Part shown: positions 1 through 14,466 of the stretch, in pieces
Numbering within the stretch: the first letter of the stretch is position 1
How the letters are laid out: each line of letters opens with the position of its first letter
Assembly (NCBI GenBank): GCA_051362555.1
Contig: CM120645.1
Location: 20,708,001-20,772,000, forward strand
Origin: Lingula anatina
Taxonomy: Eukaryota; Animalia; Brachiopoda
Direction: 5' to 3'
DNA length: 64,000 nucleotides
Translations under genes and position numbers: made by a program
Notes under the pieces: generated by a model
Told to the model about the DNA's origin: nothing
Databases searched by the model: none
Seen by the model: the letters and a program-made list of their open reading frames with translations, nothing else

Positions 1-304
1 GATAACTGGGTAGAATAATGGGTTGTGATGATGTTGGGATCACACTGGAGGTGGGGGTGGGGGTGGGTGGCTGAGAGGACAGTGCAATGAATTCTGATAA
101 ATATTCTGTAAATACTGTCCGAAATTGACTTTATTACTATGGTCCCAATGGTGAACAGAAATGTAAGAAATCATGCTTCTGTAACGGTATGTGATGTAAT
201 CCAGAATAAGGTTAGAATATATCAATTCTTTATCAGAAAGAATTGATACAGTCCAACTTCATGATGGAACATGCGATGCATATCAATTTAACATCTTAAA
301 AACC

Positions 305-484
305 CTTCTTTCTCTCTCATCCTCTCTCCTCCAATCCAAGATCCTCGAGCCTACTTCTCTATTTGTCTATCTGCTTTTTCCCTCCCTTTCGTTCTCTCTC
401 TCAGTCCTTTTTCTTCCTCCTCTCTTATTATCTCCATTCTTCCTTTCTCTTCTCTCTCTCCCACTCTCTCTTCTATACATTCTT

Positions 485-537
<53 letters not shown>

Positions 538-655
538 CCTTTCTCTTCCTCCTCTCTTATTCTCTCCATTTGCCCTTTCTCTTCTCTCTCTAACTCTCTC
601 TTCCAACCATGCTTTTCCAGCCCCCTCTGTCTCTCTCCCCCCCCCTCTCTCCCAG
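305..655. repeat. Polypyrimidine/(CT)n region with an internal duplication
   Basis: (CT)n at ~488-534; CTCTCAGTCCTTT...CCTCCTCTCTTATT occurs twice. Confidence 0.9.
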
Positions 656-928
656 CACAGGGGGTGATATATAGCAGAAGACACACCTGGAACACCTTTA
701 TGCCAAGATTTCCTTAAGCCCCATGACCTTATGAGGTAACACAGCAGCTTTGGGCTCAGATACACTCAAAGATAAGTCCCACCTAGAGAGTAAAGAGATG
801 AGGATGCAAATAGAATGATTTACATCATCTGTACTGATTCACTTCAAGACCTACAAGTATAGAAGACCTTAGGTCACTATAACAGTCAGGCTATGATGAT
901 TTTGACACTTACTATCTCAGTAGACTTA

Positions 929-1153
929 GACCCCATTTCCATAGATTAAGATTGATCTATCCGGATCGACCTAACTCTATGGGGGTTCACGCTAAATTGC
1001 TGTCAGGTTCCGAGAGCCGAGCGACACAAAAGTTAATTACCCCCTTACAGCTTTTAGTAGGCAAGATAGACATTTAAGCCGGTCAGGCTGAAAACAATCT
1101 AGCGAGACTCCCCACGGGGATAGATCGATTTAAAAATCTTTGGGAATGCACTC
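929..1153 (+). mobile_element. MITE family A (PIF/Harbinger-like), copy 1
   Basis: ~30-bp imperfect TIRs (CATTYCCAnAGATTnAGATCGATCTATCC); 3-bp TSD TTA at 926-928 and 1154-1156; three homologous copies elsewhere in the window. Confidence 0.88.
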
Positions 1154-1471
1154 TTAGGCCCTCTTCACATCGAGAGCTCTATCTTAGTTGATGATGATTT
1201 ATTTTTGCGGCATATTCTCAGATATGAAGGGAACAAAGTCTAAGAATATAAAGTGTTAACTTAAGCTGTCTTAAATTGGTTGGAAATGTGAAAAACAAGG
1301 CCTGTTAGCACAAAATTCTAATAATAATAATAATAATAATAATAATATTATATATATATATATATATTGGTTACTATATGACATCATATAGTAACCAAAA
1401 TAAACAAACCTCCTGAAGATGCAATGAAACCTGTCGGGGCAAAAAATAGCTGCTGTTCTTTTTTTTCTTTT

Positions 1472-1583
<112 letters not shown>

Positions 1584-1835
1584 GGAGAGGGGTTTGCAAC
1601 ATTTGAAGTGTTAAAACAATTTTAATATAAAACCCATCCATGCAGACCCTATGAAATACTGCCCTTACAAAACTACTCAAAGTCCTTGAGATAATAATGA
1701 ATAAATACAAAATATTTATTTCAGAGTCACATTTCAAGACTTTAAGCCAAAGGTGAGTTGAAATGTCAAACTAAGAACAAAATTCCCAGATATATGGCTC
1801 AAGTGACAGATGAATTAAAACAAAAAAGGTCCCCA

Positions 1836-2056
1836 AAGGAGATTTTAGTTGTACTTCTAGTCAGGCTGGGTTGACTTAACTTGCTACAAAGGAGGCTTTT
1901 TAAAGCTGTGTTTCCAGTCAGGCTGTTTTGACCTAAATTGATACAAAGGAGACTTTTAACACTGTGCCTTTAGTCAGGCTGGGTTGACCAAATTTGCTAC
2001 AAAAGCGATTTTAAAATTGTACTTCCAGACAGGCTGGGTTGACCTAACTTGCTGCA
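1836..2056. repeat. ~56-bp minisatellite, ~4 copies
   Basis: CAGGCTG..TTGAC recurs at ~1862, 1919, 1975, 2030. Confidence 0.88.
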
Positions 2057-5000
2057 ACCTATCTCGGGGAAATGACTAAATTTGATAGACTCATTATAAG
2101 AGTCTCCTGGGGACATGTTTAACAAAAATAATTATCATTTTAGCCCACTACTGGTTTCAGCTAGTCTACAAAGATGGTATGTAGTAAGTGGTTGATATTA
2201 TAGTTTAGTATGTGCATAAATTGGCACTACTTTCAATACCTGATCAACATAAGAGGTATCCTGTTGTATATCTGATATCTTTATTTATCCATAAATTGTC
2301 AAGAGTAAATATTCAAGATGTCAAAAATCTCCAAGCCAGGGAAGATTTATTAGCTATCAGCATCAATTTGAATCAATAATTCATAAACCTATCAATAAAA
2401 ATGCAACAGGTTAGTTTTTAGGTGAAATTTAAGATGTCATGTTTTTTTTGGGGGGATACTGTCCAAGGTCCAGAGAAATTATTACTTAAAACTTTTGGGC
2501 CTCCAAGCTATTTTGAGGCCACAAAGACAAATTCTTCTTTGTTAATCTTATTTGTATAATATAAAAATGGCGAAAGACTGAAGCTTGGATATTTACTCAG
2601 TTATTACAAAATCTAATAACAAAGTGCTTACATTGGACATTTCCCCCCTTTTATTTAGTATTCGTGATTGCTAATTCTCATGCTATGAAATGGAAGGTTC
2701 CTGTTTTTTTTGTTTTTTTTTTTCACATCCCAATTCTTTCTAACATGACAATCCATGCAAAATTTGTGGTTTCCAATGGAAGATTAATAAAAACACCCCA
2801 TGTGATTTAGTTTTAAGTGTATATTGTATAGAATATTTGTATTTTCCAACATGAAATTTCATGATCATTTCAGGTTGCCAAGGAAGAGAGAGATAGTAGA
2901 ATGAGGAAAGTTAATGCGGTATATAATATATTTATATGCATCTACGTGGTTATATATAATAAAACTGATTATGGATACAGCTTCCTGGTAAATGACGACA
3001 AGACTTCTTTCAAGAAATGTAACAAATCTTGCATAAAATAAAAGAACAAATATTCGGTCTTAGTAAATATCACTTTCTTACAGATCAAGTACTAGTGCTG
3101 TAACAGTTCAATGAACCGCATTCCCACTATATCTAACTCAATCATAAAAATAAAGCTGAAATCAAATTTTCTATCCTGCCAAACTAAACCCTCTTCTGTC
3201 CCAAATATTATTTAATGCGTACCTTTTTACCATTAAAATCTTTGTCATTATCATCATCAACATCATCAAAATCTTCATCCTAAGGTGACAAGGGTGGATT
3301 AATTTATCAGTGCATGTTTTCTCTCCTTACAGTTCATTTGTGCACCAATGGGCCGAGGATGCTGTGCTTGATTCCTTTAACTGAACAGGATGTCTATAAC
3401 GGCTAGTTTTCGAGACATAGGTGAACGCTGACAGCTTCCGGTCGCCAGAAAAGGAACGATAAAAATCACTTCTGTTACGGCATGGCAACGATGGCCAGCA
3501 AAATCTGTCATTCACTTTAAAATAGCCATTTCACGTCCCTTGAAGTGCCAAGGTACGCTGGTGCATTTTCTTCAAACAGCATGATTCTGCATCGATATCG
3601 CTGCAACCTGCTCTCCGAGCTCAATTCCTGTGTCCCTAACCAGGGTATCTACATGTATAAAGGTCAGATTCCTAGTAGATACAACTTTGCCTGCAGGTTG
3701 CCAGAGCAGGAAAGAGAGGATATGGCTTCCCCTGTGGCATTGTGGCAGTGGCCAATAAATTCACAAATTCGAGGCTTTACTGATATTGGAGGTAGACTTC
3801 GGTATATATATATCCAAGTACTGAGTGCATGGTGCCTCCAGTTTATATTCTGAACTTTTCTAAAAACCCATAGTACTGTCATTAATCATTCATCTACACA
3901 TTTTGATAAATTGGTCAATTAGTTAAGGTCGAATAGTGAAATCTATTTTGAGTTTGACCAAAAAAAAAAAGAGAGAGAGGTAATTCTCCAAGTGTCAATC
4001 AACCATACAGTATGTTACGTTTTGTCAATGATGTCTTTGATGAAGTGATCTACCTCACTACTCAGGATGGAGAATTAGCTACCCTGTAACCATAAATGCA
4101 GACCAAATACACAAACGCAAAGTGAATCAATGATTCTTACTGAGAAAACAATAATATAATTACTGCAGAACCATATTATCATACTAAATTTGCTACATTA
4201 CATCTTCATTTGATAGGACCTTTCCTTGACCTTATCGTGACCTTCTGACCTTGAATTAGAAAGTTAAATACGAGGCGCCTAAGGGAGCTATCCTCATGTT
4301 TGAAAAAATCCTGTAATGACAGAATAGCATGCAGACAAAAAATTATGGCAATAGGACTTGGTTATCCTGTAGCTAACAAAATGTTAGAGACTTGGGTCTT
4401 CATGTACTAGTTAACTTGCGGGAGGGAGGGGTATTATTGTCAATAGTCCCTCAGAAGGCAAATAAAAATAACATCATAAAGACTGAAATAAATAATTGTA
4501 ATACATATAAATAAAACATGATGGCAGTGAATTTTTCACAAAATTGAGGATATGTTTTAAATGTAATACTAGTATCTATAAGATTGGGAATAAAAAACCA
4601 CACTCTTTACTAAAAAAAAAAAAAGAAAAAAAAAATGCAGAATACCATGTTTTTTTTCTATGAATGCCACAAAATCTTCAAATTTGCAGAATTGTATACA
4701 AATGTCTTAATTCTGAATCGATTGTCCAAAACAAGCACTCTTACCACAAACACCAATCCTTCACGTGTGCTGAATATGCGCCACAAGCTTTTGTTTGTAC
4801 TTGGTTGTTTTACTCCAGACTATTTACTTGATAAATATCATTTTCATGCACTAGAACAAGTAGCCAGAAGCTATTTGTTTACAATAACTAATGACCAGTG
4901 GCTATATGTTTGCGAAATGTTACCTTATCCATTTGCCATTGTTTTTCAAGCCTGCTAACTGTATGTTTATAGTTTGATATCAGTTAAAAGTACATGGATA

Positions 5001-8000
5001 AGATGAAGAACTGCTTGTGTTCCACCCGAGTCTAATCAGCGAACATGTTTTTGACAGAATGATAGACAGGCAATTTTGAATTCCAATTTTTTTTTTTTTT
5101 ACATTTGAACCAAAGAATTGCACCTTCATTGTAAAAACAACTATTCTCATCGCAAACAGCATTTTTGTTGCAATAATTGAGAAGTTCAATTTTCTTGTTT
5201 CAGTATCCATCTTCAATAATTAAGAGTATCCTGAAAAAACTCCAAAACCAGTCATAAGATCACAGTTCTCTGAATTGTTAAAGATGTTGTATACCTTTGT
5301 TCTTTAGAGAAAAGTAATGAAAAGTCTATGAAAATTATATTTTTGCTTATACATAGGTCTAAATTGTTAATTGTGTTCAGCATGTCCCAACATCTGCTGA
5401 GTTACAGGTCTTCCTGGTAGAAACTCCAAACAACGGGAGAATTTTCATTAAGAAACCTTAGAGTCTGTCTTAAAACTTAATCTCCTCAAAGGGAAAAGTA
5501 TTTTTTTACCTAAGAGACTTGAAAATGTAGCATTTAATTGATTTCTGACTTGGCTATTTCTTAAGAGAAACAGAACAGCTAGCTAAACCTTGCAAGATTG
5601 TTACAGTCTGCAACAAACAAGGAAAAAACAGACAGGATGACCTGATTTCAAATATATGTATAAACAAATAAATAAAAATTAATTAAACCCATTCCAATTC
5701 CTCTTTGCATATTACCATTATCATGGAAACCAGACTGTGACTTGGTTCCAGCTTCAGCAAAACCAACAGACTCAGAGTCGAGTCTAATTAATAAAATCCA
5801 GGCACAACAATCTCTGTATATAACAACTAATAATTCTGTTAAATCATGCAAAAAGTTTTTTATAATAAGATCATCCTTAAAAGTAATACAGCACATGGGT
5901 TCAACCATTACTTGGCACAAAATTGGTATCTTTTTAACCCAAAATTAAAGGTTAAACCTGTTTTACCTGGTCGGTTAAAGGTTGCACTATTTGAGGCCAA
6001 TTTATATTATATTATATACCAGTTTAGCAGCAAAGAGCTTTTTTCTGAAACAGAGTGTAGCAAAGAAGAAGCCAAGCAGGACTAATTATCTAGCACCAAT
6101 GCACCCGTTCAGCAGCACCTAGCTTATTTTGAAACATAGAGTGAAAGTGGATGCAAGTCAAAATCACATCATACAGAATTATACAACGTTATACCACATA
6201 ATGCTTATTTACAATGACACTTAAAATCATAATCACCTTAATTTGTTACATCACAGCAATCGGAACATCACTGGTTCGAACACATTTCCAGCCCGTTTCA
6301 TAATATCTGAGAATCAATTTTTTCCCTGTTCCTTTTCCTGTGCTTACACATGGGGCTCTAACACCAGAAATGCCAATAACCACACTTTTCGCGAAGATCC
6401 CCCATATTACCACCTCTTCTCAGTGAAGAAACCCCTGTCTGAGAAGTTTACTTCTTCATAAATTAACAGCTAGAATACAATCCAATTATAACTCTGTAAA
6501 TCAATGTTGGATAGCAGAAAGACCATTTGGACTAATTTCTTAGCAAACGTTGGTACTGTAACGGCGCGTGTGCATGTTTAATCATAATATTGCATAAGAA
6601 GGGGGGGTCAACATTCCTTAAGTCGTTATAATCCAGTTATAATCCATTGATTTTTTTCCCCTGACGTTGAGAAAACTGTTGCAATCAACAGATATGTCAT
6701 TTAATTTTGACAATTATCCATGAAATATCTATTAAATGTTATGTACAGTATCTATTAAATGTTATGTACAGTAATGTTCCATGAATTTTGTACAGAAGAA
6801 ATTAATTAAAATAACAACATGTTGTTTAAAGTATTATCATTACTTGCATTCTTTCACAAGTTGCTTTTAGAAACATATCAATAGAAATTTACTAATTGGC
6901 TGTGGCAAACATGGGAGGGGAAGGCTAGGAGACCTAAGCAGTGGACTCTCTTATGTAGGGCTCATTGTAACTGCCCGCGCTATTTTTATTTTTCATTTTT
7001 ATTTGAGTTTGTCCTTTGTTTACTTATTATTCATGCGAAGTACATTTTACGTTCTTTCCCTTTTGCCCTTCTTTGTTTTCTCTCTCTCTCACTCTCTCTT
7101 GCTCTCTCCCTCTCTCTCTCCCTCTCTCTCTACTAATTATAACATTACAGGCCATTGCACTTATGTGACCGCGCCGTCACATGCCTGTACCACACCCTGC
7201 ACTGAACAGTTTTCATTTCACAGCATATATAAGGCTTTCTCTCTATTTCTTTTTGCTCACTTCATTTTCATGCTTGAAATGTGCTTGAAACTAATCACTA
7301 AGATTGAACCAACTCTAAAGGGACTTTTGCTGAATGCAATCAGTTAAACAACTTAACAAGTGCCCTTCTAACATTGAGTAGAACACAGAAAAGCTGATTA
7401 TACGAGTATGTTAGAAGCAAGAAGAGGCTTAAGAATGACGCCTTTACTTTCAATTAACATTTATAAATACATTTAATAACAAAAGCTCATTAACCCCAGA
7501 AGTATACATTCAACTTGCAGAACAAATTGATTCAAAATTCAATAAAAGATATCAAGATCAATGTTAACCGACTAGGAAAAAGGACTGAACACAAAAGGAA
7601 GGATAGGGTGATACTTGCATCCTTGTTATAGATGTACTTGGCCAATCATTAATCAGATGATTAGGATGGACCTTTGAAGCTCTTTCTGTGGTTAATTGAT
7701 CAAAGAAACTTCAAGGTGAAGATTCATTTCCATTCCTGTAAAGAACCAATTTTATTAACTTTGGCTTAAAAAAAACACATACAACAGAGGTAAGATGTGT
7801 GTATATGACCAACCAAAGTCCTGTTTAAAGTGCTATAAAGTAATAAAATATACAATTTAAATATCTATTCCTTGGTTATAGTCTATTGAAACTGGTTACC
7901 AATGACAATTAAATTCCCCAATGCTGCATTTAGTAAAATCACTTACTACAAGTAAATGCTACAGGTGGTTAAAGTTGACCAAGAATTTTCTAATATCCAT

Positions 8001-9864
8001 TAATCAAACATATAGATCAATAAAGTAATCATCTTCTAGCTTTTTTCCCCATCTTTTTTTTAAGCCTCTGCAAGAGCCGCGGCAATAAATACTGTTTTAT
8101 TTTTTAAATGGAAAGCGTTTCAGGGTAAATGACTAAATAGGATTTTTATCAAGAAAACCACTTTCTGATGGTGAGACCAGAGGTCAAGATTTTTATTCCA
8201 CACAGATGGCTTAATTCCAAATATATCGTACCTACAGCAGAAAAAGTAAAACAAGATAAACATACCACTTTTTCGCCATTTTTTTCCTTTCAATCAACGA
8301 TAAGGTATATATAGTTTCACTTTTGCTTATTATGGGTATAGCAGCAGTGACTGAATCTGTGGTCTACATTCACCTGCTATTTTTTCAACCTTTTTGCTGG
8401 TGGGGGATTTTATTACTACTGACCTTCATGCCTGCCGAAGGAAGGATTCAATTGACCTGCATGCTGGTTGTGCTCTATTACGCCTGGTGCACAGCATGTC
8501 ATCAAGCAATCAGTCAAATCTGACTGCAATCAGCTGTGGTTTTATGCTGGACAAGTTGGCAGCAATTCAAACAGAATAAAAATTGACCATCATCATAAAT
8601 TTTCTCCTTGACTTGTTATCTTATATCTTGATATAACACGTTTTCTTGATAATGATCAGAAATTGGGAACCTCCCAAACTATGACATGAGGTGAATCCAA
8701 AAGAAATGATAAGAATCCACCTGATGTTATAATGAGAAAGAGTAGTATTTTTTCCTTTAATGTCGATTATTTGGTCGGCCTATTTGGTAAACCTTTATTA
8801 GAGGGAGTAGAGCTTTCTGCTTCTGGGACCATACAAATACACCCCTGTCCAGCTACCTACTTAAAATTCTGATATAAATTGACTTACAAATTTGGTCAAG
8901 GTTTGAGATTTACCAGGCAATGACGCGTGTGCATGTGCGCGCACACACACACACACACACACAGAGTCATCACATTAACAGAGAGCATTTCAATTAAGAC
9001 CTATACCTTTCTAAATCAACCTCCTCCCTCTGACACACACACATACATGTAAAAAAAACCACTAGGATATGTGTAATAATTCAACAATCTCTGAACATAA
9101 ATCGCTCAATGTCATGACTAGTTTCCTTGATAAATCTTCCATCTGTCTGTATTCAACTTTTCCTGGCAAAATAGACTTTTAAATATTTCCCAGAACTCAA
9201 TGTTGAAATGTTTAACCTATCTGATCCCTGACAAGTGCTTTCCACTGGAACTGATGTACTGACCGCCATCACACTGACCGACACGGAAAAATCTTTAAAC
9301 CTGGTTAATTATTGATTCAATACCAATCAGACAATTGAAAGCTCAGCATTCACCCACCTTATAATTAGTAAAGGAAATCTAGCTGTCCAGAAGTGGACTA
9401 ATGCTGGGCTGGAGACAATCTGACTGGAATGACAATAAATGAAGGTGTTTCAGGGCAGGTTTATTTTTGCCTTGTGTGATTTCCCTTCAGAGAATAGAAG
9501 TTTCAGTTGGGGTTTCCTTGCTTTGATCCGTTTTGTCATAAACAAGGCATTTACTATGTACATGTTAAGAGGATCACACCACAACTGAATGCAGCACATC
9601 AATTTCAACAGGCTTCCTGTGGAAAACTTATACATTTAGAAACTAGTATCCAGCTTAACCTGTTCACTTTACCAAACAGATTCTGTTCACCCTTTGTACA
9701 TTAAGATTGCTTTTTAAATAACCAAGATATTATTTTATAAAATGCTTTAACCTAACAACTGTTTACTAAGAAATAATGACATACTTCAATCTAAAATGAA
9801 AGTAGGGAGATATTTGAACTAAATGGCAGTTGGTCTAGATCTAGATCTGATGTGTTCATGCTGA

Positions 9865-9866
<2 letters not shown>

Positions 9867-9942
<76 letters not shown>
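9867..9942. repeat. (AT)n microsatellite
   Basis: Directly visible. Confidence 0.97.
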
Positions 9943-9946
<4 letters not shown>

Positions 9947-10689
9947 GTATAATTCAATAAAAAGGATATTAAGAAAAAGAAGTAGGGGAGAGTAAAACTG
10001 CTGCATAAAACCATTTCTAAAGTTTTGATCACGAGTGAATTAAGTTGAAATAAAACCACTAGAAACCATAGAACTTACGAGCTAGTTATTTCAAGCACAA
10101 GAGAATTCATAAGCTTAACCATCACACTGTAAATATACCAGGTAATCACTTCTTATCTTCAAACAATATCAATTTATCATTTTTTTTTCAAATCAAAATT
10201 CTTGAGATACTGAAAAAACTTGATACAAAAGTTCTGAAAAAAATCAACTTGAATCAATCAGAAAGGGGATTTTTGAGAAGAAGCAAAAATGACATATCTT
10301 GAAAGAGTAAATTACTAGAAAGAGTGAACAAGATGCTTGAAAATTTAGATTAATCACCAAAGAAAAGAAAATGACTCTCTCCTGTATCCAGCACATCAGA
10401 CCACCATCATGCCTATATTTTCACCGTTCATTGAACTTGCCATGAAATATGTTATAAACATTAAAATAAGTTCTGCCTCATAAAACATTCATGTTACATC
10501 GTGGTTTGGAGATCAGCCAATACATTATTTAACCACTGACTTAATGTTGAGGAACAATCCCTAATTACGCACTTACATACATTCTGCCAAAACAAGATTT
10601 ATTTTATCCAGATAAATTTCCAATTTAACTTTTTTTTATCAAGTTAAATTATACTTTTCTGATGGTAGTACAGTCTGAAATAGAATAAA

Positions 10690-10902
10690 TGAATCAGAGA
10701 ATGCAGTCCTCTACCAAGACAAATAATTAACTTATGATTAAATATGAATCAATTAATTAATGGATCATTACCAAAATTTCATCTCATTTGAGTTTGCCCA
10801 TTTCTGACACATCCTGAAAATTTCATCAAATCTGTCTGTAACTTTTTGAGTTAGGCTGGTGACAGACAGACAAACCAATGGTGGTGAAAACATAGCTTCT
10901 TT
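10690..10902 (-). mobile_element. Short old HINE-like element (second family)
   Basis: Reverse-complement similarity to 42853-43078 (ATCCTGAAAATTTCATCAAATC, ACAGACAGACAAAC, GAAAACATAG). Confidence 0.65.
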
Positions 10903-10989
10903 ATTTGAATCCAGAAAATTTTGATCGTTTTCAAAGGAATTTCATAAGTACCCAAGTAGCTCAATATTTAAAAAAAAAAGGTAGAGCAA

Positions 10990-11155
10990 CAGGCCCGTAG
11001 CCAGGGGGGTTCGGGGGTTCAAAAGAACCCCCCTTTCTGCTGGGAAAAGGTCCACTCAGGATAAAATTTGATTTAGGTACATGAAGATTTTATGGTAAAA
11101 GGTCCACTTTTTCAGAAAACGAACCCCCCATTTGAAATTGCTAGCTACGGGCCTG
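10990..11155 (+). mobile_element. MITE family B (CAGGCCCGTAGC TIR, 5-bp TSD), copy 1
   Basis: TIR CAGGCCCGTAGC...GCTACGGGCCTG; flanks AGCAA/AGCAA. Confidence 0.9.
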
Positions 11156-14104
11156 AGCAATGACTAATGTCAATGTGGTCTTCCTGTCAATCTTTTCTAT
11201 GACCTTATGACCTTTTAGATAATTAAATTAATGGCCCATTAGATCACACAAAATAGATACACATGTGCTAGCGGAGAGGGAGGGGGAGGTCCTCATCTTC
11301 TGAGTGGCCACTTTCTGCTGCAGCAGTTATTTGTTACTGATTATCATACAGCTTTGGGGAAGCCATAGTTTAGTACTCTCATCAATCATTTTAATAACTT
11401 CTATGATTGTCTTGTCAATTTGTTTATTAAAAAATAGAAATCCAATTCTGGATTGCCATAAATAAAAGCAGTCTTACTTGACCACGAATCAATCCACCTA
11501 TACTGGTATATTGTGTTTGCATCTTTGAACTCATGGAATCTTTTATCAGTTGGGATGGGAAAATATTAAATAGTAACCTGTTAAATTTGAAAACCTTCAT
11601 AAGATAAAACGTTCAAAGGACCTAAAATCAAAATTAAATTATCAATCATATAAAAAAAATGCAACTGTCAACATGAGGATTCCAGAAGTATGCAATTTTG
11701 CACCCAAGTTCAATTTTTCTCATAAGACTAACATTCTGGCAGGTTACATTTCCATTTTCTTGCAATTTTCCGTACAAGTCTAGTTTTTCTTGTTAAATGG
11801 TATTCTGTAAAGGTTTTCAACTTACTTAACCTTTTTTTTAGTTGTTTTTTTTTTTCATAGTCCAATAATATGACAATTTTAGGTACATGTTAAATGGTTG
11901 TTAGGGGTGGAAAGAAAGATATAACTACAAGAAATGCCCCCTGGCCATTTGTTTTCCAGACATTTCTAAGGATCACACATCAAGAAACTGATGTTAAAAA
12001 AAAGAGTACAAAGCATACCAACTATTCATTCCAAATGTTTTTCCTTGATCTTACACTGAGCAACACAATTTTCAGGTATCATACAAAGTACATATAAGTA
12101 CAGGCACCACGCGGATACACACATTTTCTCTGATCTTCTACCAACCATGTGATGCAAACTTGCTAGTTAAAGAAGAAAACAAAGTGACTACGTGCACATG
12201 ATGTATACAAGAGATTTGAAGATTTATTTCAATAAAGATAAGATGTTTGCACTGTGAAATGTGTTATGCAGCACATCTGCTGGTGTCTTTATAATGCCTT
12301 CAATTTCAAAGGTGAATCTCACTTTCTGGGGCCTACAAATGAATAAAACGATAATTGCAGCAAACACAGACCCCTGCCCACAGCAAAACACCAATGCCCT
12401 CTCTGCTGTAAATACAAGGTTATCACCCCCACCTTTAATAATTACATATTTCTTTTTAGTTAATTTAAATCGTGTCACTATAATATATCAGCCTTATCGC
12501 ATAATTATTTTTTTAATTCCATTACAAAACATCCCGGTGACTCCCTTCGCCACATAAGTTTTCATGTAATTATTAAACAGAGCAAAAAATGTCCCTATTT
12601 CTGTAGTATTATAAAACACATTACAATGAGCCAATATCTGCCATTTCTTATGTTGGGTCAACTAAGGTGGGGGAAGGAAGGGGGAGAGGGACGAATTGGG
12701 TCCACTTTTCAGAATGAAAAACCCTGCACAGACATTTAAAAGTCTGGTATGAGACTCACTGTGACTCTTTGTGACTCACTGTAGGATAAAGCATAAAAAT
12801 ATAAAACAATTTGCATCCGGACTATGTAACATATAAATGTTGTGTATTTGCTATTGTTAACAATATTCTTACCATTTGATCATTCGTCTGTAGTTCTTTC
12901 TAATTCTTGGTATCAATCATTATCCCCAAACTAATTTAACCACAATAAAAGAAGTAATCAAAATGGTTTTTATTGTCTATTTTTTTTTACCAAACTGCTG
13001 TATTAAATTTCAAAATGAAAGTAAACTAGAGGATCAGAGAGGCGATACCGCCTCCTGGTATTGTACCACCAGCTGGAGTAAGCGTAATTGTATGGGAAAA
13101 ATGTGGGAAGGGGGGTAGGACATCATTTAAGTGTTGTGATTGAATGTGGGGAGTGCAGTAATGATTTCTGTTATATGATATGATTTTTAATTTTAAGAGG
13201 TTTGGTAGGTATGGAGATGGAAGAATTTTATTAATTCTGAACTGTGATTTTGTTGAAAAGTGGTCCAAATTAGTTTGGGCTTGTATAGTAAGAGTTATTA
13301 AATAGAAATGAGATGTGTTTGAGTTTTTTTTTATTTGGTTAAACAAGTCAAGTGTAATATGTTTATGTATAAAGTATATGAATGTATTGGTAAGTTATGA
13401 CTTTTTAGCAGTTTAAGGAGTTTAATGTGTACTTTCATGTAATAGATATTTTGATTCATTGATTCATAACTTTTATTCAAAACATTATTCTTGAAAGTGT
13501 AGTTTTTGAAAATAAAATTATTATTACAAAAATGTCCTTATTCTGACATACAATTTCATCTTGTAAACAGTATGATGTGGTGTATCTCCTAGGTTTGAAG
13601 GCAAAGAAATCAGAAAATCTGTAAAATGCAGTTTCGGTAAAAAGTAAACTTAAGGGCACATTAACATATATCTCATTCAATTTCAATATGAACTGCAGGT
13701 GTATCTTTGCCAAACAGAGGTACCAGACCTTTTAAAATTGTAAGTAGAAATTTTCAAAATCCCCATGTACGAGTAAATATAGGCCTAAACATACGAAAAC
13801 AGATAAAGGCCAGATAAAGTTAAATGTGCCAAATATCATAGCTTCATTTTCACTAGTAATAATATCATCAGTTTAAGTTATATACATTCTGACGACTTAA
13901 ATAAGTTCCATTACATTATTTTACCCAGAACAAAAGTTTTTTCTAGGATTGGGGTACAATGGCAACCTGGTCACAAAAAGGGGGAGGGGGTTAAAATGAA
14001 ATGAAAAAAAAAAATTTTAATTATAAATTTCAGTGGGGAAGGATGGTTAAAAACAATCGATAGCGATCTTCTGCTAACGTTCTTTCACGAATTCACTTGA
14101 TTGA

Positions 14105-14400
14105 ATGTGAAAATTAATTTGTCCCACTAGTTGACGATCTTTCGCAAACAAAAGCCATTGAATGAATATATGATTGCAACGATACCCAACCAAGGATACG
14201 AAAATTACGTTCTCCCTTGCTCTTTGGCCAATGAAGACTCAAATATGAAAATTGTGAAAAATTAATTTGTCTCAGTAGTTGAGGATCTTTCGCAAACAAA
14301 AGCCACTGAATGAATATACGATTGCAACGATCCCCCACTGAGGATACGAATATTACGTTCTTCCTTGCTATTTGGCCAACGAAGACTCAAATATGAAAAT
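14105..14400. repeat. 148-bp tandem dimer unrelated to the 146-bp satellite, within HINE copy 1 cargo
   Basis: GATCTTTCGCAAACAAAAGCCA at 14136 and 14284; the surrounding sequence also aligns at a 148-bp offset. Confidence 0.9.
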
Positions 14401-14466
14401 GGCGTCCTCATCTCTTTCAAATTGGGAATGAACTTTCGCTAACAATGTGAAAGTTGTCTTTTTTTT

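Noticed and set aside
351-765. Glu/Arg-rich ORFs
   Set aside because: Translations of (CT/GA)n low-complexity DNA.
13026-13346. 106-aa ORF at the end of HINE copy 1 as a Rep/helicase remnant
   Set aside because: No HUH, PIF1 helicase or endonuclease motif is visible, and the low stop density is explained by compositional skew.
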